Shown: positions 8,910-21,458 of the stretch, piece by piece | Numbering within the stretch: position 1 is the first letter of the stretch | Layout of the letters: each line of letters starts with the position of its first letter | Assembly: GCA_014905635.1 (NCBI GenBank) | Contig: JABVCE010000012.1 | Span: forward strand, 1,178,001-1,235,393 | DNA length: 57,393 nucleotides | Source: Scenedesmus sp. PABB004 | Lineage: Eukaryota | Direction: 5' to 3' | The notes under the pieces: model-generated | Told to the model about the DNA's origin: nothing | What the model saw: only the letters and a program-made list of their open reading frames with translations | Database searches by the model: none | Program-made: the position numbers and the translations under genes

Positions 8910-11707
8910 ATGCCGGTGCTCCGCCTCCTCTACTGCGACTCCGCCGGCGTGCGGCGCTGCAGGTGCGCCCGAAACTGGCCGGGCTGGGCGCCAGGCGGCT
9001 GCCACCGCCGCCGCCGCCGCCGCCGCTGCCGCCGACGCCGCGCGCGCTGGGTGGACGCAGGGCGGTGCCGCACGATGGCGAGCTCCCAGCGGCGGCGCCG
9101 GACGACGGCGCGGCGCGCGTGGCGGCCTTCATGGACGCGCCGCAGCTCAGCAGCTCGCCGTCGATGCTGGACGCGGCGGCGGCGGGCGTGATTTCGATCA
9201 AGACGCCGTCGATGCGCGCCGCGGCGGCCGCCAACGCGGCGGCGGCAGCGGCGGCGGCCGCCGCCGCCGCGCCCGCGGCGCCGCAGGCCGGGGGGCCCTT
9301 CGCCTCGCGCGCCGCCGCGGCCGCGGCCGCGGGCGAGGGCGACGTCCCCGGCGCCGGCGGCCGGGCGGGCAGCCCGGGCCGGGTCAGCGCGTTTGCGCGC
9401 CGCAGCGCGAGCGGCGCCGCGCTCGCCGCGCTCGCCGCGGCCGGCCCGCCCAGCGGCGCGGCCGCGGCGGCGCTGCGCGCCGCGGCGCGCGTCTCCGCCG
9501 GCCTCACCAAGGCGGCGATGGGCCAGCCCGCGCTCGCGGACCGCGTGGTGCCCGGCAGCGGGCTCGCACCCGTTGGGGAGGTCCTGCTGCTGCCCGACCT
9601 CGCCGCCGCCGTGGCGCTGCCGTGGGCGGAGGGCCACAGCGCCGCGCCGGTGGACATGTGGGAGAAGGACCTGAGTGAGCGCGGCCCCCGCTGCGCGGCG
9701 GCAGCCGGGCGCCGCACGCGCAGGCGCGCGCGCCGCGGCCGACGCGGCCGACGTTGCCGCGCCGCCGCACGCGCGCGCGGACGCGCGCGCGCCGCAGGCA
9801 AGCCCTTTGCCTGCTGCCCGCGCACGGCGCTCAAACACGCGCTCGCCGCGCTCGAGGGCGCGCACGACCTGCGGCTCATGGTGCGGCGGCAGAGGCGGCA
9901 GGGGCGGCGGCGGGCGGTGGTGGTGGAGCCGGCGGGCGGAGCTGGCGGGTGGCGGAGCCGGCGCAGGGCCCGCCGGGCCTGCAGCCGCCCGCCGCGCACC
10001 TCACGCCGCGCGCCCTGCACGCTGCTGCGCCTCGCGCGCTGCGCCTGTCGCGTGCGCGTCGCAGGTGGGCTTTGAGCTGGAGTTTGTGCTGTTGAAGCCC
10101 GCGCCGGCGGCCGCGGCCGGGGCCCGCCGGGCGGCGGCGGCGGTCTCGTGATCCGCGCCGGGTCGGAGGCGTGGGTGCCGGTGGACGACTCGATCTACTG
10201 CCAGGCCTCCTCGCTCGATGAGTACGCACCAGGTGTGCGCTTGCGGGCGGGCCGCGACGCCGCCGCCGGGCCTGCCACGCGCTGCGTCCGGGCGGCGCCA
10301 GCCGGCCGGCCAACCGCGCGGGCCGTGCGCGCCGGGGGGCGCGCCCCGCTGACACCGCCGCCATCCGCCGCCGCCGCCATCCGCTGTCCGCTGCCGCGCC
10401 GGGCCGTAGTGCTGGACCGCATGGTCGCCGCGCTGGGCGCGCTGGGCGTGGGCGTGGTGCAGTACCACGCCGAGGCGGCGCCCGGGCAGTTTGAGATTTC
10501 GACCAAGCCCTGTGCGCCGCCCACGCCCGCGGCCGCCGCCGCCGCCCCGGCTCCCCGCCATGCGCCGCGCGCCGCCCGCGGCCGCCCGGCCGCGAGCGAC
10601 GCGGCCCGCCGCCGCGGCCGCCGCGGCCGCCGCGCGACCCGCAGACCCCGCGCTGCAGGCGGCGGACAAGCTGCTGCTGAGCAGGGAGGCGATCTCTGCC
10701 GTCGCGCGCCAGGAGGGCTACGCGGCGTGCTTCCTGCCCAAGCCCTTCCCCGGCCACGCCGGCAGCGGGCTGCACTGCCACCTCAGCCTGTGGAAGGCGC
10801 GGCGTGGGGCGCGCGCCGGCGGGGGCCGGGGCGGGGTGCGACCGGGGCGCGACGCGACGCGCCGCCGCCGCCGCCGCCGCGACGCAGGCGAGTGGGTGCG
10901 GCCTCGCCGGCACGCCCGGCGCGGGCGACGGCCCGCCCGTGTGTGTGATGACGGCTGGCACGCCCGCGCCGCGGCCGAGCCAGGCCGGCGGCGGCGGCAG
11001 CGCGCGGCCGAGCGCCGCGGGCGGCGCGGCGCCGCCGGCGATGCCGCCCGGCTACCCCGCGCTCTCGCCAACGGCGGCGTCCTTTGTGTCCGGCCTGCTC
11101 GCGCACCTGCCCGGCCTGCTGCCCTTCACAGCGCCCAGTGTCAACAGCTACGCGCGGCTCGCGCCCGGCGGCTGGGCGGGCGCGTTTGCGTGCTGGGGCG
11201 CTGACAACCGCGAGGCGCCGCTGCGCCTCTGCACGCCGGGGCTGGGCGAGGCGGACGGCGTGAACGTTGAGTTCAAGGCCTTTGACGGCACCACCAACCC
11301 CTACCTGGGGCTCGCCGCCATCGCCGCGGCGGGCATGGCGGGCCTGCGCGACGGCGCGCCGCTGCCGCCGCCGCTGCAGGCCGACCCCGGCGCGCCGGGC
11401 GGCGGCGGCGCCGGCGCGGCGCCGCTGCCGGCCAGCCTCGGCGCGGCGCTGGACGCGCTGGACGCGGACGACGGCCTCCAGGCGCGCGCGGCGCGCTGCG
11501 CTGCACGCGCTGTGCGGTGCGCACGCCCAGCGGCTGGCCGCCCGTGCGCCGCCCGACCCGACCCGCCGCGCGCGCCCAACGCTGCCGCAGGCCGCGCTGC
11601 GCGAGGTGGTGAGCGAGGAGCTGCTGGCGGCGTTCCTTGCCGTGCGGCGGCACGACGCGCGCGAGCCGGCGGCGGGCGACGTGGCCGCCCTGCTCCTGCG
11701 CTACTGA
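8910..11707 (+). CDS. Glutamine synthetase type I-like (FluG/nodGS C-terminal type) gamma-glutamyl ligase; ~7 introns; apparent frameshift at ~10120-10140
   Basis: Motifs LRLLYCDSAGVRRCR|AVP, GEVLLLPDL..LPW, CCPR, VGFELEFVLL, QYHAEAAPGQFEI, FLPKPFPGHAGSGLHCHLSLW, PSVNSYARL, WGADNREAPLR, VEFKAFDGTTNPYLGLAAI. The E-x-K-x-x-D motif is typical of the FluG/nodGS subgroup. No N-terminal amidohydrolase domain. Confidence 0.88.
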
Positions 11708-11859
11708 CTGCCCGGGAGGGACCAAACGCGCTGGGTCAGATGCTGGGGGCGGGGGCGCAGCGTGCGCAGCGCAGCGAGCGGGCGCGCAGGGCGGGGGCTG
11801 GTTTGCAGACCGATCGGCGGCGGCGCGCGGCGAGCGTCGTCATGAGCGCGGGACGACGG

Positions 11860-11864
11860 TTACA
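11860..11864 (-). promoter_or_regulatory. TGTAA polyadenylation signal, probably for the papain-like protease gene
   Basis: TTACA on the plus strand, ~360 nt past the protease stop. TGTAA is the established chlorophyte poly(A) signal. Confidence 0.5.
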
Positions 11865-12225
11865 CGCGCGCAGCCGCAGGTCCGCCGTGCGAGGGCACGG
11901 CCGCCGCCGCCAGCGTCAACGTGCGCGCCGCCAGCTTTAGTGTAGTGTACACGCGCGCCCTCCCTGGAGATGGGGAGAGATAGGGGGGGGGGCTGCAGGC
12001 TCTCTCGCCTGCGCTCCTACTACTGCTGCCGCTAGGAAAATACACATGCAGCAGCCCGCGGCAGGGCGGGCCGCAAAACTCGCGGCGGGGCGCCCGCCGC
12101 AGCCGGCCAGCTGGCCAGCGGAGCAAGGCGGGTGTATCAATACAACGCGCCGCCCGATGCCGGGCGGCAGGCAGGCGGGGGTCCCTCGCCCGCGGCCGGG
12201 GCGAGGGACGGGGGCGGGTGGGGGC

Positions 12226-15581
<3,356 letters not shown>

Positions 15582-15883
15582 GGCGGCGGGTGCGGCGGCG
15601 GCGGCGGGGACGGCGCGTGTGCTTCTGTCCTGCGCGAGCGAGCGAGGGGCGCGTGGCGGGCCTGGCTGGGGGCCCGATCCGTGCGGCGTGTGGTGGGCAC
15701 CGCGGCGGCGGCGGCGGGCGCGGTGGCGCGCGTTGCGCGACTCTGAACCACGGCGGTTGATCCACCGAGCCGCTGATTGCGACACGCACACCCCCACGAA
15801 GAGCCACCGCACAGCCCACGCAACCCACAGCACAGCCGCGCGTCGCGCACGCACGCACGTCAGCCGACCGGCGCGGCGCTCGC

Positions 15884-17093
15884 TCACGCGCGCACGCGGA
15901 CGCCCATCTCCGCGAGCACCTGCGCCGCCCACGCCGCGACGCGCGCCTCGGTGAGGTCGTCCTGGTTGTCCTGGTCCAGCGCGAGGCCGCAGAACACGCC
16001 CGGCTCGATCTCGGCCTGCGGCGCGCGAAGGGGCGGGCGGATGTGCGTGCCCGCGCCTGGCGCGCGGCGCCCGCGCCGCGGGCGCGGCTGGCCCGCGCAT
16101 GGGCCGCGGCGCGGCGCGCGACCCGCGCGGCGGCGCGGCGCGCGCGCCTTGGACGCGGCGTGCTCGTAGCCCTCGGTGCTCGTGCGCCCCACGATGCTCG
16201 CGCCCGCGGATACGAACGCAGCGTGCAGCTCCTCCATCGCGTCGCAAAAGTAGTCGCTGTAGCTTTGCTGCGGGCGCGGGCGCACGGGAGCGGCGAACGC
16301 GCGCGGCTGGAACGCAGCGCTTTGCGAGCGCACAGCGCTGCGCGTGCCGGCGACGCCTGGCCGGCTGCGCCCGCGCCGCGCGCCGTCGGCGGCGCACCTG
16401 GTCGCCGCAGCCAAACACCGCGACCTTGCGCCCGGCGAGGTCGAGGCCTGCAGGTGCACGTGCGGGCGGCGCGGCGGGGCAGCGTGGCCGCGCGGACGGA
16501 CGGGCGGCGCGCGCGGGCGCGCAGCTCGGGCGCGGGCGCGCGCCGCGCCGCACCCTTGACCGTGGCGAGCGCGTCGTCCCACGCCGTGCCGCTGCGGCCC
16601 TCGTCGGCGCCGGTGTTCCAGGTCGGCGCGCCGACAATGACGCCGTCGAGCTCCGGCGCGGTCAGCAGCGCTGCGAGGTCGGTCACGTCTCCGACGTCCA
16701 TCGGCTCCCCCGCGGCGTCGCCCAGGGCCTGCGGGCGGCGGGGGCTCGGGCGCTGGCTCGGGCCGCGCGGCGCCGAGCTCGAGCCCAGCATCGCGCGGGC
16801 GGCGGCGGCGGCGCGCGCGCCTCCTTGATGCAGGCCGCCACCTCCTCGGTCTTGCCGCTGACGGTCGAGTAGAGCAGCGCCACCGCCTCGGCCGGCGGCG
16901 CGAGCGGCGGCGCCTTGCGCGCCCCGGGCCGTGCCGCCGCGCCGCCGGCGGCCGCGCGGCGCGCGCCGGCGCCGCAGGCGCCCTTGCCGCCCGCGCAGCC
17001 GCCCTTGCAGGTGCCGCCGCCAGACCGCAGCGGGCAGCTGGCGGGGCGCGCCTGGCCGCAGCGCGGCGCGGCAAGGGCGGCACGGCACAGCAT
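15884..17093 (-). CDS. Long-chain flavodoxin with plastid transit peptide; 4 introns, 2 of them GC-AG
   Basis: Spliced product: LLYSTVSGKTEEVA..|..VIVGAPTWNTGADEGRSGTAWDD..|LDLAGRKVAVFGCGDQ|QSYSDYFCDAMEELH..|..FCGLALDQDNQDDLTEARVAAWAAQV. These are the FMN-binding loops of algal/cyanobacterial IsiB-type flavodoxins. N-terminus is Ala/Arg-rich. Confidence 0.95.
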
Positions 17094-17214
17094 GTTCAGT
17101 GCGGCTGGCTGGCGGGCGGGGGGAGGGCCGGCAGCTCGAGGGGCGCTGGGCAGGGCGGTCTGGGGGGCCAGCGATCGTGCGGCCAGCCCCTGGGCTGGCA
17201 GAGCCTGCCCGGTA

Positions 17215-17331
17215 CGCCTGGCACGCTTGCCGCACGCCCGACACGCGCGCAGGAGGTGCCGGATGCGTTTCACCTGCGTGCCAGGCGCGTGGCTGCACGC
17301 GTGCCGGGCGCGAGCGCGCGGGAAGCGCGTG
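17215..17331. promoter_or_regulatory. Candidate bidirectional promoter: 12-bp inverted repeat and eight CACGC/GCGTG motifs
   Basis: CGCCTGGCACGC (17215-17226) and its exact reverse complement GCGTGCCAGGCG (17276-17287). CACGC at 17222, 17233, 17242, 17296; GCGTG at 17276, 17287, 17299, 17327. Confidence 0.45.
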
Positions 17332-17433
17332 CCGTGCCCCCCGCGGTTGCGCGGCACCTGCAGCGCGCCGCGAGCTTCCCACCGTGCTGGAGGAGTCGCA
17401 GAGCGGGCACTGGTGTGGGCGACCGTCCCCGCA

Positions 17434-17763
17434 ATGACCGCGACGCAGCTGGGCCTGCTGCGCCGGCAGCGCGCCGCCCGCCCGGCGCGGCCGGCGCGGC
17501 AGCCGGGAGCTCGTGCCGTTGTGGCGAGCGTCTTCAGGATCTACTCCATCCACGGGGACGGCCCCAGCCAGGCGCTGGCGCCCAGCCCGTTCGCGCGTGG
17601 CGCGACGACCAGCAGCGCTCGGCGCGCGCCGAGCGCAGACGCCGCGCCGGCGGCGCCCGCCGCCAGCCGCCCGCCGGCGCCCGCGCCGCCCCCGGCGCCC
17701 CGCCGCGCGCTGGGCGGCCTCGCGCCGCAGCTGTTCCGGTGGCTGTCGATGGAGGGCTGGTGA
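17434..17763 (+). CDS. Candidate intronless small protein (109 aa), possibly plastid-targeted, function unknown
   Basis: ATG in gcaATG context. Arg/Ala-rich N-terminus ending RAVVAS. Two complex islands, VFRIYSIHGDG and LFRWLSMEGW*. TGTAA follows at 17849. Confidence 0.45.
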   Translation: MTATQLGLLRRQRAARPARPARQPGARAVVASVFRIYSIHGDGPSQALAPSPFARGATTSSARRAPSADAAPAAPAASRPPAPAPPPAPRRALGGLAPQLFRWLSMEGW

Positions 17764-17848
17764 GCCGAGGGAGCCCCTGGCCTGCGAGCGCGCGCGCCGC
17801 CCGCCGCCCGGCGCTGAAAACGCGTGCGCGCCGGCGCGGCGTCTTGCC

Positions 17849-17853
17849 TGTAA
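17849..17853 (+). promoter_or_regulatory. TGTAA polyadenylation signal
   Basis: cctgtaacac, 86 nt after the stop of the small ORF. It lies on the plus strand, where no other plus-strand gene ends nearby. Confidence 0.55.
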
Positions 17854-17886
17854 CACAAGAGCGTCCACGCAGCCTGCGCGAGCAGC

Positions 17887-18789
17887 TCAGCCCGCCGCCG
17901 CCAGCCCGCCCGCCGGCGGCGCGGCCGCGTCGCTCGGCTGCCGCCCCGCGCCGCCGTCGCCGCCTCTGCTGCCGCCCGGCTGCTGCTGGCCCGCCCCCGC
18001 GTCGCTCGCCCTGCTGCTGCTGCCGCTGCTTCCGCCGCTGCCATCGCCGCCGCCGCCGCCGCCGCCTGGCGACTGCTGCGCCGCCGCGGCGCTGCTCGCG
18101 GCCGCGCCCGCGGCGGCGTCCGCGCCGTCGCTGGCCGCGCTGCTGCGCTCCTCCTCCTTCATCTCCTGCAGCAGGCCGTCAAACACCGCCTTGTTCTTCT
18201 CCATGCACAGGTGCAGCTGCTCAAACTGCGGGGCGGGGCGGGCGGGCGGGCGGGCGTAGGTCGGCGGCGGCGGCGGCGCACTGCACGCGTCGCCGCGCGG
18301 CGGCGGCCGTCGCGTCGCGCGCGCGCGCCCGGCCGGCACCGCCGCCGCTGCCGGCGTGCCGCGCGCGCACCTGCGGCAGGCAGTCCGCCATCTCCTGGTC
18401 GCCCTTGTCCGCCTTCTCACCGCACTCCATGAACGCCTGTGCCGCGGCGAGCGCGGGCGCAAGCGCGGGCGTGCGGCGCGAGGCGGCGGCCGCTGAGTGC
18501 GCGGGCGGCCGCGCCCGCCGCATGCACCTGCTGCGCGTGGGAGCCGTGGAGCTGCTCGCGCTCCGCTGCCTGGCGGCGCGCTGCGAGCGACCGGCCGACG
18601 CCGGCGGCCGCGGCAGCAGCAGCAGCGGCGCCGCGCGGCGCCGCGCGCCTTGAACACGGTCTCGCAGCCTCCCTTGCGCATCATCACGCAGAAGGGGCAC
18701 TCGTAGGGGTTTTCCGTGTCCGCGCCGGGCGCGGCGGCCTCGGCTGCGGCCAGGGCCGCGACGTCGGGCGCCGTCGAGGGATGCTCCAT
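17887..18789 (-). CDS. GCK-domain (twin-Cys helical, mitochondrial intermembrane-space type) protein; 2 introns
   Basis: Spliced ECPFCVMMRKGGCETVFK|AFMECGEKADKGDQEMADCLPQ|FEQLHLCMEKNKAVF matches the plant GCK pattern (CxFCxxMKxGxC..F..C..C..L..CM). First intron 18437-18648 has a GC donor. Confidence 0.85.
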   Translation of the reverse strand: MEHPSTAPDVAALAAAEAAAPGADTENPYECPFCVMMRKGGCETVFKARGAARRRCCCCRGRRRRPVARSAPPGSGARAAPRLPRAAGACGGRGRPRTQRPPPRAARPRLRPRSPRHRRSWSAVRRRTRATRRWRTACRRCARGTPAAAAVPAGRARATRRPPPRGDACSAPPPPPTYARPPARPAPQFEQLHLCMEKNKAVFDGLLQEMKEEERSSAASDGADAAAGAAASSAAAAQQSPGGGGGGGDGSGGSSGSSSRASDAGAGQQQPGGSRGGDGGAGRQPSDAAAPPAGGLAAAG

Positions 18790-19099
18790 CGTGTGGCGGC
18801 GAGCGCGTGGCGCGTGGGAGGGTCCTGCGCGGCGGTGGGAGCGGAGGCGTACGATGCGCGCACGAAGCGGCCGCGCGGCGGCCGCATGCAGTCCCAGGCA
18901 GCAAACCGCGGGGCGTCTTGGCGGCGCCGCTGCTCTTGTTGGTGGTTCGCCTGGCCGCAAGCCCCGCAGGCCCCTGCCCTCACATCCGCGCCCAGCACCC
19001 GCTGGCGCCTGACGCGCCGTGCGCCGGAGCCCCCAGCGCGCCCCCTCGCGCCCGCCGCCGCTCGCCGCGCCGCGCAGCGCTGCTCGCCCGCCCGGCGCG

Positions 19100-20489
19100 A
19101 TGCGCGCTGCAGCCCCCGCCCGCGCCGCCGCGGTCCGCAGCAGGCCAGGGCCGCGACCAGCGGCGCCCGCCGCGGCGGCAGCGCGCGGCCGCGCCGTGCA
19201 CGCGCGGGTGCGTGTGGCGGGGGAGCGCTCGGTGCGGAGCGCCGGCGCTGGCGCCGCGCCGCGGCGCCCGACGCCGCCCCGCGCCGCGCGCGCGCAGGCC
19301 GCGGCCGCCGCGCCGCCGGAGGCGGCCGAGCTCGCCGCCGCGGCCGCGTCGCTGGCGGCGCTGTGCACGGCCAAGGCGGACGCCGCGGCGATTGAGGCCG
19401 CCGCCGACGCACTCGCGGCGGCGGCGGAGCGCGCCGGCGCCAACCGCGTGGTGCCGGAGCTCAACGACGGAACCTTCCGGGGGTTCACGCTCTCGGTGCG
19501 CGCACGCCGCCGCCGCCCACCGCCGCGCCCGCAACCGCCGCACGCGGGCCCGGCATGCCCACCCAGGGCGGCTGACCCCCCGCGCCGGCCGCGCGCGGCC
19601 GGGGGCACACCCGCAGGGCCAGACCGCGCAGCGGTTCAGCACCGTCATCACGCTGGGCACGCTGAGCTTCAACCTCTACGCCCCCAAGGACCTCCCGGTG
19701 CGCCCCGCACGCCCCGGCGTGGCGCCGAGCCATGCGGCCGCGGCGGCGAGCCGCACGGCGCCGAGCCGCCGCCGCCCCCGCCGCCGCGCGCCGCGCGCCG
19801 CAGGTCAAGACGCTCGGCACCGACTCGGGCAGCGTGTTCAAGGGCCCCCGCGACGGCGCGGCGCGCGCGTACGTCATAACCACGCCCTTCCAGGTCATGT
19901 CTGCGCCCGCCGGGGGCCCGGACGGCGGCGCGCCGGCGCCCACGGGTGTCGCGGGGCGGTCGCTCGCGGTCGGCGAGTACGAGCAGGACCCGGACAACCC
20001 GCAGCGCCTGGGCATACGCTTCAAGAGTGAGCGCGGCGACCGCGGGACGGCGCGCCGCGGGCGGCGAGTGCGCGCGCGCGCGGGGGCGCAACATGGCCGC
20101 CGCCGCCGACGCCGCGCAGAGATGCGGCTTGAGCCGGCGGAGGGCACCGACCTCGCGCGCTGGCTTGAGACCTTTGGCGCCGCAAACCCGGGCATGGTGC
20201 GCGCCGACCGCCGACCGCCGACCGCCGACCGCCGACCGCGGACCGCCGACCGCCGACCGCCGACCGCCGACCGCCGACCGCCGACCGCCGACCGCCGACC
20301 GCCCGCGCGGCGCGGCGCGCCGACCGCCCGCCCGCGGCGCCGCGCGAGCAGGACCCCGCGAGCGGCGTGCTGGAGGTGCTGCTGCCCGAGAAGAGCCCTG
20401 TGGGGTGGATGGACTACCTGCTGATGGTGGAGGGCTGGCAGCTCGTGCGCGGCAACTTTGGGAGCACGACGCTGCTGCAGCGCGCGTGA
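19100..20489 (+). CDS. PAP/fibrillin-like plastid lipid-associated protein; ~5 introns
   Basis: Transit-peptide-like N-terminus, then ITLGTLSFNLYAP, GEYEQDPDNPQRLGIRF and C-terminal SPVGWMDYLLMVEGWQLVRGNFGSTTLLQR, resembling the fibrillin end (GWLDITYLD..LRI.RGN.GS). TGTAA follows at 20578. Confidence 0.65.
20204..20301. repeat. Intronic heptamer tandem array (CCGACCG)x14
   Basis: 14 units with one variant (CGGACCG at 20239), inside the last intron of the fibrillin-like gene. Confidence 0.95.
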
Positions 20490-20577
20490 GCTTGCGCGTG
20501 CGGCGCGCGGCGGGGCGCGGCTGGTGGCTGCCGTGGCTCTGCGCGCGGTGGCAGCTTTTGCGTCGAGCCAGACCTGG

Positions 20578-20582
20578 TGTAA
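20578..20582 (+). promoter_or_regulatory. TGTAA polyadenylation signal of the fibrillin-like gene
   Basis: ggtgtaagtatcttt, ~90 nt after the stop and followed by a T-rich tract. Confidence 0.65.
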
Positions 20583-21458
20583 GTATCTTTGTCTTTGTCT
20601 TAACCACCGAGCCTCTATGAGCCCGCCCGGGCTCATGCCAGTGCCGAGGGCCCCCCCAGAGTTGACGTAGCACCGCACACGCATGGCCAGTCACTGCACA
20701 GGCCACGCACACGCGCGCGGCGCGAAGAACGCGCGCAGTCGCTGCCAGCCGGTCGCGCCCGGCCCGGCCCACACGCTCTGCCGCTCCTGACGCGATGACC
20801 CAAAACCCCTTTGCCGCCGCCGCTTTGAGAAACGCCAAGCAACCATTGTGCCTCTGTAGGAATGGTCCGCCGACGATGAGGTCTGGGCCCTGGAGCCGCG
20901 CGCCCGCGGCGCAGCTGGCTGCCACGCCGCGCTGCGCCGCCGGGGTTGGAGGCAGAAGCGGTGTTTGAATGCAAGCGCCCAGCCTGTGCAGTGGGGTGGG
21001 TCCGACTGAGGTGCACGCACGCCGTCATGGGGGGTGAGCGTGTCCCCAGGGCGTGTCAGCAAGTAAACAGGGGCGCGCCCGCCGGGGGCGCCTGCCTGCA
21101 AGGAACGTAACGCCGGCTGCAAGTGGGTCGTGGGGGTCGCGCACACACTCGATGGATGCAGATGGGCACACGCGCGGTCACGCGCGGCCGGCGCATTCAC
21201 GCCAGCCGCGCCTGGCGGGGAGGAGGGGGAGCCAAGTGCACGCTGGGGAGCCGGCGTCAGCGCGGGGGTCCCGCAAGAGATGTGAAAAGGAAGGGGGAGC
21301 CAAGAATGCAAACCAGCGCAGAAGCAACGCCTGCTACCGCCCCGCCCGGCGGACGCGGGCCGGGCCAGCACCGACCGGCCCGGCAAACCCACCAACCATT
21401 CTTGAGACCCCGCCGTTTGCGGCGCCCCCTAATTCAATGCATGCGGAGCGCCGCCAGT

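Noticed and set aside
10098..10151. Programmed frameshift or stop readthrough at the TGA (10149) in the GSI-like gene
   Set aside because: The downstream conserved sequence is in a different frame, there is no slippery heptamer, and one added C in a C-run repairs it. Similar lesions occur in several other genes.
20790..21010. Possible box C/D snoRNA (GATGA at ~20794 and ~20875; CTGA at ~21006)
   Set aside because: The C boxes are imperfect, and I could identify no terminal stem or rRNA-complementary guide.
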